A stretch of DNA of 64,000 nt from positions 104,038,001 to 104,102,000 of the forward strand of contig NW_024704743.1 of assembly GCF_018977255.1 (NCBI RefSeq). Reading direction: 5' to 3'. Under the pieces are notes generated by a model that was not told the origin of the DNA, did no database searches, and saw only the letters and a list, made by a program, of their open reading frames with translations. This DNA comes from Callorhinchus milii. Taxonomy: Eukaryota. Made by a program: the position numbers and the translations under genes. This document shows positions 13,962-27,694 of the stretch, piece after piece (positions within the stretch are counted from its first letter, which is position 1; each line of letters begins with the position of its first letter).

Positions 13962-14145
13962 TATTTGTCTATGGGTCACTGCTATCTCCTTTTTTATAAT
14001 TCACTCTCTCTAATTAATCTTAGTTTCTCAAATTCACTCCAGGATAATTGATAACAGATATAATCAATTCTTGTGGAGTTGCTACTCTTGTAGAAGAGAT
14101 GTTTTCCTTATCAGCAGTGGAAAGCAGACTCTTTCAAACTGTTAA

Positions 14146-14515
14146 GTGGAGTCCTGTAGCTTAGTGGTTAGAGCACTCGCCTCACAAGTGAGAGAACCTG
14201 GGTTCGATCCCTGGACAGAGCGAAACGTTGCGCAACTTTCCCTACTCCACATGCCTCTGTTTACCTAGCAGTAAGTAGAAACCCAGTTGTTAGAAGATTA
14301 GCAGATTGCTTTTCCGGGGGTAATAATCCTTTAAAAACATATTATTATTTGGTCACTCAATTCCCATCTGTGTAGGACACTGCTGTGCCCAATTGGGTGC
14401 CACGTTTCTCCGAACAGAATATAAAGTCAATTCACTTTACAGTATATTCTGTGAAGTGCTTTGAGACATCTCGAAGACGTAAAACGGCACAATATCAAAT
14501 GCAAGGATTATTATT
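14146..14515 (+). mobile_element. tRNA-derived SINE, longer subfamily
   Basis: Same head and tail with an extra ~60-bp internal segment. Confidence 0.88.
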
Positions 14516-14595
14516 TTTAAGTCAATTGGGTAGGTTTACCTAAAATGTTTTTATAGTTAATATTTCTGGCACTTTGTTCCCATATATAGTAGTGT

Positions 14596-14610
14596 AGTGC
14601 CCTCTGCTGG
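14596..14610 (-). promoter_or_regulatory. CTCF consensus motif
   Basis: CCAGCAGAGGGCACT on - matches CCASYAGRKGGCRS. Confidence 0.55.
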
Positions 14611-16859
14611 AACTTGCCCTCTATATCAAATAAGCAAAGCTGCCAGATTAAAGAGCCCGTCACCATATTAAGGAGGAATTTGATCACACTGTAAATGCAA
14701 CTTACTTAACCCGGCTGATGCTTAAGCCACAATAATGGCAGTTATCCAGAGGTGAAGAAGTTAATGCGAAAGATACTGATTCAAAGAGGGAGGATAACAG
14801 TAAATGTAAAACCAGAATGAAGGCTCCAGAATTTGCGAGATTAAAATTCCCAGACCCATTAAACAAATCTCTGCACTGAAGAGGTAATTAAAGGTAAACA
14901 AAATCTGCTCTTATAAGGTAATTGAACAGAGCTTCAAAATTCTGAGCTCTCTGGACAGCACCAAACCAAAGAATAAATCGGTGGGAGCAATTTTGAATTC
15001 TTCGGTCTTTTGGAAACAAACCTCTTTCATGTCACTTGAAGTGGGCAGATTTTCAGATTTGATATCCAAACCATCAATCATAGGCATATTTTGTCAGATT
15101 CTAAAACTAAACCCTACACTGTGCACCTACAAGAGTGTATTTCTTGCCGAGCAAAGCTGCAGTTGGAATTTTCAAGAGAGAGATATCAAAATCTAGGCTT
15201 ACCTACAATATGGATACACATAAAATCATGTGGGCCCTTCATCCAGATTTCTCTTGAATCTCAGGATAAAGAGGAAGACACATAGGAATCACACAAAGAA
15301 GTGGGAGATTTGCTAACCAAATACAGTCGCTGCACTTTGCAGACAATCCCTTAAAGCACTTTTACATCGCCTCCCAACATGAAAGGCACAATATTCCTGC
15401 ATTTTTTTGATATAGCTCTTTCATGTCGGAAAGGACATCTCCCACCTCGATTTCTCAAATGTACCCCTCACTTGTCTTTCCAGTTACACCATTCATAAAG
15501 TCAAGCTAATACAAACTCCACAGTTCATCACAAGCACAAAACTTTGGACTCCCATCATCCCAATCCTTCCCAAGCTCCATTGGCTCTCTATCTCTGAATG
15601 GATCAACATCAAGATCCTCACTCATCATGTGCTAGCTCCTCCCTAACTCTCTGATCTGCTCATATGTCACTCTTCTGCCCATCCCACAAACACTCACAAA
15701 GTGAAAGACCAATTTATTTAGGGATTGTTGGCCTGGACAATCAAATGCAAAGATTATTATCAACTTGATCACAGAGCAAAGCTTTGTGCTCTGTCCATGA
15801 AGCAAGAGTAAAATCTCTCTTCCTAAAATGACAACAAATTTCTATCTCTGGTTAAGAATTCAGGTCTTAGGATCAATTTATTTTGTTCAAACTGACACAT
15901 TTTATTTTCTATACGAACAAACAACTGTTTGAAGGTGCATCCTACAGAATCTGTGAACAACTTTCAACCTACGTGAAAGGCGCTATACGAGTACAAATTC
16001 TCTTCTTTATTCTTGCACTTTTGTTTCTTTCAAGTGTGGCTTAATACAGATTCAACCATTTCTCCTTCACTTCTCAGTCACAAGTGTATTATTATTTGAG
16101 TAATTTTTCAACCCTAGAAGCAATAGTTTTCTTCTTTGAATGATCTATGGTTTCCTCCTGAATATAATAATCCTTGCACTTAATACAGTGCCTTTCACAT
16201 CCAGGCGTCTCAAAGTGCTTACAAAATATATTGTTTTGTTAGTGCAGTGACTGTGCGTTTTGTGAATGAACAAGGCGATAACATATTGAGACTTAGTTCT
16301 TTGGACTCTCAAAAACATCTGGTATTTATTTTCCATATGTGAGCCTGAAGACATAGTATATTAGAATGTAGGTGCGTTTATAATGCAGGTCAGAATTGTT
16401 TTTACATAAAGGATAATTAGAATGTGGAAAGTGTCATAACAAGTGGCTTTTGCTCCCAAGGCAATACAATATTTAAAAGGAAATTAATTTAAAAAAAAGA
16501 AAAAAAAGAAATCAGAGTGGGAATACAAAGCAAAATGGGAATGGAGCAGAAACTACAGCACAAGCACGATGGAATAAATTTTTTCTTTGTACCTGAAAGG
16601 CCAATTGTGTACAGTTTAGATGTCCGAATTGCATCTCTTGGTTCTTGTATCAGGTTATACTGTACCACAAAGATATCCTGTCTGGATACAATGAACAATT
16701 GTCTGGAAGTGTTTGTTCAGACCACATAAATCTTTAAGGTACATCTTGTGACAATACAGATATGGCGCTCTCAATGTACAAGGAGATCTGCAAACACACT
16801 ATTAAAGAGCCCAGCCTTGAAGTATTAGCCACAATGATGGGGGAAAAAAAAGCATCTGC

Positions 16860-19800
16860 ACCCCCCCCAGGGCTCGCACCAGGGAACACTATGTTCCTGT
16901 TGGGTTGGTTGCCCCAGCCTATGGGCTAATGTCGCCCACCTGACCGCTCGCTCCCGGTCCGCACGTGCGCACTATGGCTGCCGCCCTGACCCGAGCCTCC
17001 TCCCCCCCTCTGCATCTCTCCTGTTCTGTCCTCTTTCTCCATCCCCCTCGCCTTCTATCCCCACTTGACCGTCCCACAACCTCCCTCTGTTCCAGCCTGG
17101 GAATCCTCCGCCGGGCTCACCGTGGCACTCGGCGTTGGCTGTCCAGCAGCAGCCACACCGACTGCCCCATTCCCCACCACACTCGCCAGCCACCCCAGAT
17201 ACAGACCCGGGGAGCCAACCTCTCCTCCCTCATTCCCCCCCCCCCCGCCACCCTGCCCCACAACGTGGACCCCCCTCCCTCCCCACACACCCCTCTGTCA
17301 ACCGCTCCCTCCACATCGGACTACAAAACGTCCACTCCCTCTGTAACAAGGCCCTGGTCATCAACGATCTCATCCTTGATGAGAGCATTGACATCATGGC
17401 CTTAACGGAAACGTGGCTCACCCCAGGCGACACCGTCCCCCTCACGGAGGCCACACCACCCGGCTACACCTCCCACCACATCTATAACCCCAACCGCCAT
17501 GGCGGTGGTGTAGCCCTTATTTCAAGGACACCACTTGCCTATCCCCCAACTCCTCTGGCTCTTTCCCCTCTTTTGAGCACCTCACCCTCTCCCACCCCTC
17601 CCATCTCTCACTCAAAATTCTCCTCCTCTACCGGACCCCTAAAACCTCTCCCACCTTTATCTCCGATATTTCTACCCTCCTAACATCTCTCTGCCTCTGT
17701 TCTGATCCCCTCATCATCCTGGGCAACTTCAAACTGCACTTCACCCCCTCCTGCTCAATCTCCTCAGACTTCTCCTCCCTCCTCTCCTCGCTCAACCTCT
17801 CCCTCCACATCAACTCCGCCACTCACATTCACAGCCACCCTCTCGATTTGGTGATTACCCGGGGCCTCAGTGTCTCGGATGTCACCATTACCGACAAGGC
17901 CGTCTCTGATCACCACTTCATCTCCTTCACCACGTCCACCCCCCTCCCTACCTCCACCAGACCCACCACCATCTTCTACCGCCCCTGGAAGAAGTTACCC
18001 CCACAATCCCTAACCGCTGCCTTGGAGTCCTCTGAACTCCTCTCCCTCTGGCCTTCATCCCTCACTCACCCCTCTTCTGCTCTCACTCTCCTCCACAACA
18101 CCCTCTCCTCCACACTCGACACTCTTGCCCTCATCACCTCCCATACTGTCTCTTACTCTCACTCCTCCCCCTGGTTCACCACCCACCTCCGCTCACTGAA
18201 GAGCCAGGTGCGGGCCGCTGAACGCACCTGCCTCAAATCTGGCCGAACGGTCCACCGGCAAATCTGGCTGGACCTCCTCAAAATCTACCGCTCCACTCTA
18301 GCCTCGGCCAAGTCGTCCTTCTACTCCAGGATAATCTTGGAGGCAAAGAACAACCCCAGGCTTTTGTTCTCCACCACATCCCGACTCCTCCGTGCCCCCC
18401 GCCACCCCGCGCAGGTCATCTCTTCCAACCTTCACTGCAAGGAGATGCTGGATTTCCTTGAATCCAAAATCAAGGGAATCCGCTCGGCGGTCATTGCCCC
18501 TCCAACTTCCACCCACCACCCACCCCTTCCCTCCCACACTCCGACTCCTACCCATCCTCCCCTACACACCTTCGAACCCGTTTCCCCACCCTCTGTCACC
18601 AAACTCATCCTATCCCTGAAACCCACCACCTGCTCCCTTGACCCCATCCCCACTCCACTCCTTATCTCCCAGCTCCACCTCCTTGCCCCACTTCTCACAG
18701 ACACTATTAACCTGTCCCTCTCCTCTGGCTCTGTTCCCATTCCCCTCAAAACTGCCACCATCACTCCCACCTTGAAAAAACCCTCCCTTGATGCGTCGCA
18801 GCTATCAAGCTACCGGCCCATCTCCAACCTCCCCTTCCTGTCCAAGGTTCTCGAAAGAGTCGTCGCCTCCCAGCTGCGCTCTTTCCTCTCCACCCACTTA
18901 CTTTTCGAACACCTACAGTCAGGTTTCCGTGCTGCCCATAGCACGGAAACCGCCCTGGTCAAGGTCACCAATGACACCTTGACCATCTGTGACCAGGGCT
19001 CCCTCTGCCTCCTCGTCCTCCTCGACCTATCGACTGCATTCGATATGGTCGACCACTCTATCCTCCTCCACCGCTTGTCCTCCCACCTCAACCTTCAAGA
19101 CCCTGTCCTTGAGTGGTTTAGACCGTACCTCTCCCACCGTCTTCATTTTGTCTCTGCAAACGGCTTTTCCTCCGGCCCCCGCACTGTCTCATGTGGCGTC
19201 CCTCAAGGCTCTGTCCTCGGTCCCCTCCTGTTCACCCTCTATATGCTCCCTTTTGGTGACATCATCCGCAGACATGGGGTTAACTTCCACATGTATGTGG
19301 ATGACACCCAACTCTACCTCTCGTCCTCTACCCTCAACTCCACGACCACCGATGTCCTGACAGCCTGCCTGTCCGACATCGAGTCCTGGACGAGAGACAA
19401 CTTTCTTCAGCTCAACGTGCGCAAAACTGAGGCCCTCCTGATTGGCTCGCGTCAGCGCCTCCGCACCTCAGGCGCTGACAGCATCAGCATCCAAGGCTGC
19501 ACTCTCCACCTCTCAAAGCCAGTCAGGAACCTCGGTGCTCTGTTCGACCCTGAGCTGTCCTTTCTTACCCACATCCGCGCCACAGCTGGCACTGCCTTCC
19601 ACCACCGCCGGAACATCGCCAGACTACGGCACTACCTCACCCCTCACGCTGCTGAAACACGGTCCACGCCTTTATCACCTCAAGGCTGGACTACGGGGAC
19701 TCTCTCCTCATCGGCCTTCCCGGCACCTCCCTCCACAAGCTGCAGGTAATTTTGAACTCTGCAGCTCGTGTACTGTCCCGCACCAGGCTACGCGACCACA

Positions 19801-20270
19801 TCACTCCCACCCTCGCTCGCCTCCACTGGCTCCCCATCCCCCAGAGGATCAAATTCAAGATCCTCATCCTCACCTACAAGGCCATTCACGGCCTCGCTCC
19901 CTCCTACCTCTCCGACTTACTATCCCCCCACGTACCTGCCCGTACCCTCCGTTCCTCTGGCTCCGGTCTGCTCCACATCCCCCGCCCTAACATCAGTGAC
20001 CGGGCTTTCAGCCTCTCAGCCCCTGGAAATCCATCCCCCAGTGCCTTCGCCTCGCTTCCTCCCTTTCCTCCTCCAAGCCCGGTCTCAAGACCTTTCTCTT
20101 CAACCGTGCCTTCAGCTCACCCCTCTCTCGACTCTCTACCCCCTCCTTCCTCCCTCCCTTCCCTCCCCTCACCATTTCCCCCCTGCTCGGGTCCCGACCC
20201 AACTGTCCAGCGCCTTGGGACGTCCTCCCGACGTGAAAGGCGCTCTATAAATGCAATCTTGTTGTTGTTG
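16860..20270 (+). mobile_element. Near-full-length L2 LINE ORF2 (APE endonuclease + RT), frameshifted
   Basis: APE motifs (LQNVHSL, ALTETWL, SDH) and RT (YRPISNL, QSGFR, PQGS, YVDD) split over ORFs 17135, 17848 and 19752; (TTG)n tail; 5' boundary approximate. Confidence 0.93.
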
Positions 20271-23200
20271 TATCTTGTTGAAAGTCCGTGAAATAAGGAA
20301 GAGGAAAACTTAAGATGTTATACATTCTTCTTGGCTTTTCCTTCTTAAATTATATTACCTTTACAAGCTGCCAGAGCCATGTCTCCTACACCTATTGATT
20401 GAAACACACAACATAATGCCATGATTTTAATATAAGGCATCAGAGGTGCTAATTAGGATAGTCTATTACTGGAAAGACCTTCCTGCAATTTTGGTATATT
20501 TTAAATCTGGACTTCACATAAATGGCAAATTTTGCTAAGGCTGTTCAGTTGAAACTTGAGCCACAGCACTGGAAATAATTCAAGCCCATGGGCCAAAAAC
20601 AAATTCTCCTGCTTATGGAAAAAATTCTTAATAACCCGAAAGGGCGTACAACGGCAAAATGACGCCAGTGGGAGAAGAACTGAAAATAACCAGAGAAAGG
20701 GACAGTTACACACAATTCCAGGATGGAAATCTCTTGAAGGAATTACTTTCCCTGTGCAATTTACATGTGTTCAATGAGAAATAAATGCATAATTGGTCAG
20801 TCCACATTGCGATGTTAAAACTCAGTCCTTTGAAACAGTTTGACTTGGGTTTTCCTTTTGAAAAAAAATTGCCACAGCAGAGTTTTCATTTCTACTGTTC
20901 CTTAATTCATTTGCATGAACTTCAAACTGGGTTTTTTCTTAAAAATGACAGTGAATTTTACAATAGAGATAATATAGTCAGAACAACTCAGTGGCAATAC
21001 AGTATTAAAGTTGACACAGACAAAAATGAACATTTTAGTAATGATTCGTTTCAGGCTCTTAAAAACACAACAGCAAACTGAAAGCAGATGTTTCCACAAT
21101 ATTTGCTCCAGGAAATCAGCTGCACCATTGCATGTTACAATTATGTTAAAATAGTACATACACTTTTCATATAACTTTAAATGTAATTAGTAATATCTAT
21201 TTTATTCAAATACATTTTGAAAAAATTAACATTTCATACTATGAAATGGTGAAAGATACAACAGTACAAATGGCCAACACCATCCATTGATGGATGAATT
21301 GGAATAATATGCCCCAATAATCATGTTGCATTCTGTTTCCAAGCATATTTAAAAAGCAAAACTGAACCAACAAACATGTACCAGAATACTATATTTCACC
21401 AATATGTTCTTTGAGCTACCTCACGACTCTTCATTCCACTTCAAGTCCAACTTCCCCCTATTCTTTCTGCCTTCTTCCCATCCCGTCTCCTCCATGATAT
21501 ATTGTAATGAAGCAATTTAGTGAATTCATATTATCATGTAACCAAGCCTTTTTCATTTCATCAGTGTGATCCATCTCATCACACATGCGTTGCATCATGC
21601 TAAAACTAAAGACTTGATATGTATTTCACATATAAAGCTTCAGAACCAAAAAGCAAATTATCAAAGTAGATAAATTACTTATTAAAAATCCATTTTGAAA
21701 ATTACTGCAACCCTAAATTACATTCCCAGTACGCTATAATATAATTTAAATGGTCAGTATTACGTAACTGAATATTCTAACTCTATTGCTGATTCTTATA
21801 CTTTGATAATAATACACTTTTTACAACAATATACCACAGACATCATGTCAACCCATCTTGAAACAAAATCAATTGGGACTGAGTTTCAACAATTTTACTG
21901 GAATCCATTTGCTGAGATCATCCTGAGGAAATGGGTTGAGTAGGACAATGGACAATGATTACCACCACTGCAATATAAATACAAAGGTACAATGTAAGGT
22001 AGCCCCATCCTTCAGCTTTCACTAAATAGCTATCACTGGATGTCATCTTTGTAAAATAAGTGCAATTCTGTCAACACAGAGCCATTTCCCCAAAGATTTA
22101 AAAATTGACATCGGAATCAGATAAGCAAGGTACATCCCTGCAGGGGCACAGTGCGCATTACAGACACAGGGTAATTTCCATGTGTAGGTGACAATATATA
22201 TGTGGAACTCTCTAGTATGTACCAATGTGCCAGACATCTGGCTGATCAAAAAAATTAAAAGTATATAATTCTTCAAAAATAAATATACCTGCCCAAAACA
22301 AACAATTATCTGGAAATTTGTATTAATGAATGTCAGTAACCCAAATCATGGAAAGTCATATTTTATAAATTCCCACAGATTGTGTGGACTCAGAAAGCTT
22401 CTGTAATTATCTTTACTTATATTATCCTATCTAGTTAATCTACTTCAGATTCTGAATGAAACGTCAATTAATAAGATATTTCAAGAATGTCCCAAAAGGA
22501 CTTTGTCCAAGATTAATTGAACGGCTTCTGGCTTGGTAAAATTGTCCATTGTCTCCAAAAAGTTCCACTTCAGCACAGATCAACTCTTATTTGTGGAAAT
22601 TAATACAGTTTGTACTTTTGATGCATTTGTTTTACATTAAAAACATAACTAAAATATGAAAGAGGCCCATAACTATAGAACTACAAAAGCTGACAAGTCA
22701 AAATGCAAGCACGACTGAGTTATCCAAGTCCTAATAAAATCCAGGTGCTCTTGAATATTCTATGCATTTATTAGTTCAGCCCTTCAAACAGCCTCCTGGT
22801 GAAAAACTGGATATTTTTCTTCAGTAAATATTAGGACATTTATGGCACATGCCTGTAAAATATACAGCCACTACATTTTACAGTAAATCCTGTGAAGCGC
22901 TTTGAGATGTCATGCTGATATGAAAGGCTTTATATCAAATGAAAGGATGACTTATTTATAGGATTATTTAAAAGAAAGTTCACTATGGCCTTCTAATTCC
23001 ATGGGGCAGAAGAATATTTGCTCATTACAAAGTAAACTGGAATATTTAAGGAACTGCAAATGTATGTGCTTCTCATTCAGTTCGTATTTGTACATAAACA
23101 GGAATCTCTAGAATATTGTGTGCCCAATTAGAATGAGAGGTAATTAATTTTTAAAAACATCAGTGGCAATGTTTTGCCTACTGATACAATTCTTTGTCTC

Positions 23201-23677
23201 CAGTCATGTTCTACTAGTCATTTTGCATTTTAAATATAGTATCTATACAACAGATGGTAACACACACAACTACTATTGATGTATAGTTTGCTCATTATTT
23301 AATCAAAAAGACCTCAATACGAAAGATTGGTTTCTAGTGGATCCTAATGTTGAATATAGATTTTTTAAACCAGAAAATGAAAGAGGCCCCTTAAATACAT
23401 ATGCATTCTTGCATAATTCATCTTTTCAAACGTCCTCTTTTGTACATCTTGCTGAGCTCTTTAATAACAAGAAACAGAACATGCTAGTAAATTATATCAG
23501 TAATGATATAGAAAATTATTCCAATAAAAGTACATCTTGAAATTCATTGAAATAAAAAATTTAATTTTGTGCGTTTTTGAATCACTACTTAAGGAAAATA
23601 CTTGAAATTCAATTAAAGATCACTTCCAGTAGTTTTTCATCCTACTGCATTACATAGCAAGCAATCCATACAAAACA

Positions 23678-24997
23678 TACAGAAACAGCCCTGTCAAAGT
23701 GACAAATGACATTCTGTCCATCTGCGACCAGGGCTCCCTCTGCCTCGTCGTCCTCCTTGACATCTCTGCTGCCTTCAACACCATTAACCACTCTATCCTC
23801 ATCCACCGCCTCTCCTCTCACCCCAACCTTCATGGCTCTGTCCTTGACTGGTTCAGATCGTTCCTCTCACATTGTCTCCATTTCACCTCCACAACCGTTT
23901 TCTCCTCTAGCCCCCGCACCGTCTCTTGCAGCGTTCCTCAGGGCTCTGCTCTTGGTCCCCTCCTCTTCAATATCTATATGCTTCACCTTGGTGACATCAT
24001 CCGCAGGCATGGAGTCAACTTCTACATGTATGTCGATAACACCCAACTCTACCTCTATCCTTGAATCCAGGACCACTGCTGTCCTGACAGAATGTCTGTC
24101 AGACATCAAGTCCTCGATGAGACCTAACTTTCTTCAGTTGAATGACAATAAGACCGAGGCTCTCCTGATTGGCTCCTGTCAGTACCTCCACACCTCAGGC
24201 ACTGACAGCATCGCCATCCATGGTTGCACTCTCCACCCTACTAAGCCAGTCCGGAACCTTGGCGTTTCGTTTGACCCTCAAGTATCCTTTTTATCCCACA
24301 TCCGTGTCATGACCCGCTCTGTCTTCCCCCACCTCCGCAACATCGCCCGGCTCCGCCAATGTCTCACACTGCAAGTCGCTGAAACCCTCATACACGCATT
24401 CATTACATCGAGGCTTGACTGTGAAAACTCCTTGCTTGTCGGCCTCCCCAACTCCTCCCTTCACAGGCTGCAGATCATCCAGAACCCTGCAGCCCATGTC
24501 CTCTCCCAGACCAGGCTCCGTGTCCCTATCAACCCCATCTTCACCCAACTCCACTGGCTTCCCATCACACAGAGGATACAGTTCAAGATCCTGGTCCTCA
24601 CCTTCAAAGCCCTCCATGGTCTCGTTCCCCCACCCACCTGCAACCTCCTAACCCTCTACCATCCTGCCGGCTCCCTCCGCTCAGCGGGCTCTGGCCTGAT
24701 TCACTTCCCCCGCCTCACCCACCCACCACTGGCAGGCGGGCCTTCTGCCACTCCGCCCCCACCCTCTGTAACTACATCCCGCAGTACCTCCGCCGTGACC
24801 CTTCCATTGCCTCCTTCAAGATCCATCTCAAAACCCTTCTCTTCAACCGTGCTTTCGATCATCCTGCTTCCACCCCTGTCCTCCACTCTCCCCAAACCCG
24901 AGCCCCAGCTCGGGTCCAAAACTCTAAGACTCTCCATCACCTTGGGACGTCCCCTTGATGTGAAAGGAGCAATACAAATGTAATTATGTTGTTGTTA
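23678..24997 (+). mobile_element. 5'-truncated L2 LINE, older subfamily
   Basis: RT-like ORFs 23699 and 23706; L2 3' tail. Confidence 0.9.
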
Positions 24998-27537
24998 TTT
25001 TATAAACCTTTCATTCTATAAAGCACAACATTAAAAAGGTCTAGTTCTCTTCCTACTCAATGCAGTGTACTAACTGTACTAAGCTTGTTTCCACTTAAAT
25101 ACAGTTATGTACTATCCTCACCCAACTGTTATAATATACTTTGAAAATATTGTTTTGTAATATTAAGTACAGCAAAATCTTCCAACAATTTCCACTGAAA
25201 ATGGCAACCACACCCGCAACCAAACTGGACCTCTGAATAAGAACAGGAAATTTCTGTTTGCAGCACTTACCTTCAGATCAGCTAATTTTTGGGGATGAAA
25301 ATTTATTAATAACAAATGGAGCATTGAATCTTTAAAATCAACAAAGCTTGCTGGTTTAGAGCAATATGCTGCATCAACATACTGCAATGACATTCTGTTG
25401 TGTTAGACAAGCCACATAGAGAATAATAATAATAATGCGCAAAAAGCGCATTTAAAATCCATGGGAATACATTTATGATGGTGGCAGTCAATCACCCCAA
25501 TATACAGTATCTTCTGAGCTAAAATGGTTGTTCAGAATGCACCAGCATTTTAAGAGCCTGGTGAGTTTCTGGGGAAAGTGGCCTTTCAACCCACACAGTT
25601 TAAGGCTTGAGTTTAGAACAGTTGTACATTTCCTGAACCAATTCTTTTAGACAATGATATAAAGATGTGATTGCCCAATTAATTGCTCAGAGGTAGAATT
25701 AACTATTTAGGAGAATGGCAGATCACTAGATATTTTCTTTAGATAATCTCCACCTGAATTATCAAAACTATTCTCATTAAATAGAGTATTTGTGCCTGGA
25801 ATACATATTTTGAAACAGTACATTACCACTACTTACTGAAACTTAATTAATTCCTTTCCAGTTTTATAATATGTAATCATGCCTCAAAAGTCTCAAAATG
25901 TCTTTGCTTGCATGCTATCCGTTTGAGTTGGCATCTAAAGGCTATTTCAATATGCTCACAATAACCCATAAGAGAAATTCACTCCAAATATTTGGCTGCT
26001 TTTTATTTAGAGAAGTTAAATGTCGTGAATAAATGCAGCTTTTGATGGTTCATTTACTGGACTTCAGCTCAAATTACATTCAATGTATCCCCTCTACGCA
26101 GCTATCTCAAGTCAAACAGAATAAATAATTTGGAGAGCTAAATCACTCTTCATGGCAATTTCCACATCTTTCTTAAATATTTCCATTGCATACTTCATCT
26201 CAAACTGACGGTTTGCGACCTATTCCAAGGCCTCCAGCAATGTAGCTCTCTGAGGTGTTAAGTGTATGAGAGCATCTTGCATAGAACTCCAATTGCCCTC
26301 CCTCCAGGATAGAGCCTGGCTCTGCTAAATCCTCAGGTGTACAGATAAGATTGGAAATTCTACTTTCCTCCTCTTGTGAGATTCACATTGCAGTTCTGTT
26401 GTATTCACCAGCATAAACACAAACTTCATTGCCGGTGGAAATGCTCTTTAAACTTCACCATTATTCTTTAATAGCATTAAAGAATTAAAGCATTAAAGTT
26501 CCTTTAAATGGAAATAAGCAGGAGGAAACAAGAATCAACCATTAAACATTATACAGCACCCTCAAGTTTGTCAATTTGACTTCTAAAAGTAAAAAAAAGC
26601 CAAATGTTGCAGCGAATGCAAAGCATGCATACAAACCAAAGAATTAGCCTTTTATATTTCAACTCAAAATGAAACATCCTAACAAAATTGAGGAATAACT
26701 ACAATACTGTATTCTGATACTGAAAAGCAGTGATAAATTTAAGTAAGTCTTGGTTGTACCAATGATAACAGTATTTATTGACAACACTGAACTAGATCAA
26801 TTAAATCATTCATTACTGAAGAGTTAATTTGGCATAAGGCCTTCCCATTTCAATTTGGTGCTCACGTGAAATAAATAAGATAAATTAACTCAAAGCAAAA
26901 ATCATATATATACTGGAGTGAGGTTTCAAAGTTTCCATTATTATTTTTGGGGAATGAGATAGAACACCTTAAAGTCTTTGTTGCAAAGTCAAACTGAACT
27001 TATTGGGCTGTTGCCAGAAGTATTGATTTTTTTTCCGTTTTGGAAGGGAAACACAGTAATGAGCATTTCCTTTTCAATCAGAATAAGCTTCAAACCACCA
27101 TAAAGTTGAAAACTACTGTTTAAATAGCGCCATCGTGTGGTGAAAAATCTGACAAGGAAATTAAAAGTAAAGAAATACCACCGCACACCCCACCCCCAGA
27201 GAAGGTTGAAAGCTGACAATATTTTAACTCTGGCTTTGCCACAATCCACTTGTTAAAATTCGAATGCTTATTCATTGAGATATTAGTTAGAATATTTAGA
27301 AACCTAGAATTGTGGTGCGATGGGACTAGAGTATAGAGTTTCATTGAGGAAGCGGAAAAGTTTCTGAAAATCAAAAGCATCCAGGGATTTTGGATAAGGA
27401 GAGTTGTGTGCACCAAAGAAATCTTTTGAGACATTACATGGTTCGCCTACCCGGATCAACTTTTTACTCTTGCTATTACTGTTACTAATATTCCAAGTTC
27501 CAAATTGAATTGAACTTTCCTATGATCCACAGCATAC

Positions 27538-27694
27538 CTTCGTCAAAGTCAGCATCCTCTTCTGTGTGCTGAGGGAAAGGGAAGCAGTTGGTAATTTCAA
27601 GACGATCATCAACTACTAGCCCCAAAAGCACTCCTTGAACTACTTCACTGCCTTGACCCTCCTCCTGGAAATGTTTGATGATCTTCAGCACAAC
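27538..27694 (-). CDS. EIF3H: EIF3H coding exon 2 (start of MPN domain: [52 protein letters not shown])
   Basis: ORF 27485..27718 contains the eIF3h peptide; CAG acceptor and GTATG donor; 157 nt. No later exons found at lower coordinates. Confidence 0.96.

Noticed and set aside
17848..19749. 633-aa RT ORF as a host gene or retron-type system
   Set aside because: It is L2 ORF2 with frameshifts on both sides and multiple paralogous copies in the window.
1..27537. EIF3H exon 3 onward
   Set aside because: No YQMEMMRSLRHVNIDH-like coding segment found by eye; probably outside the window.
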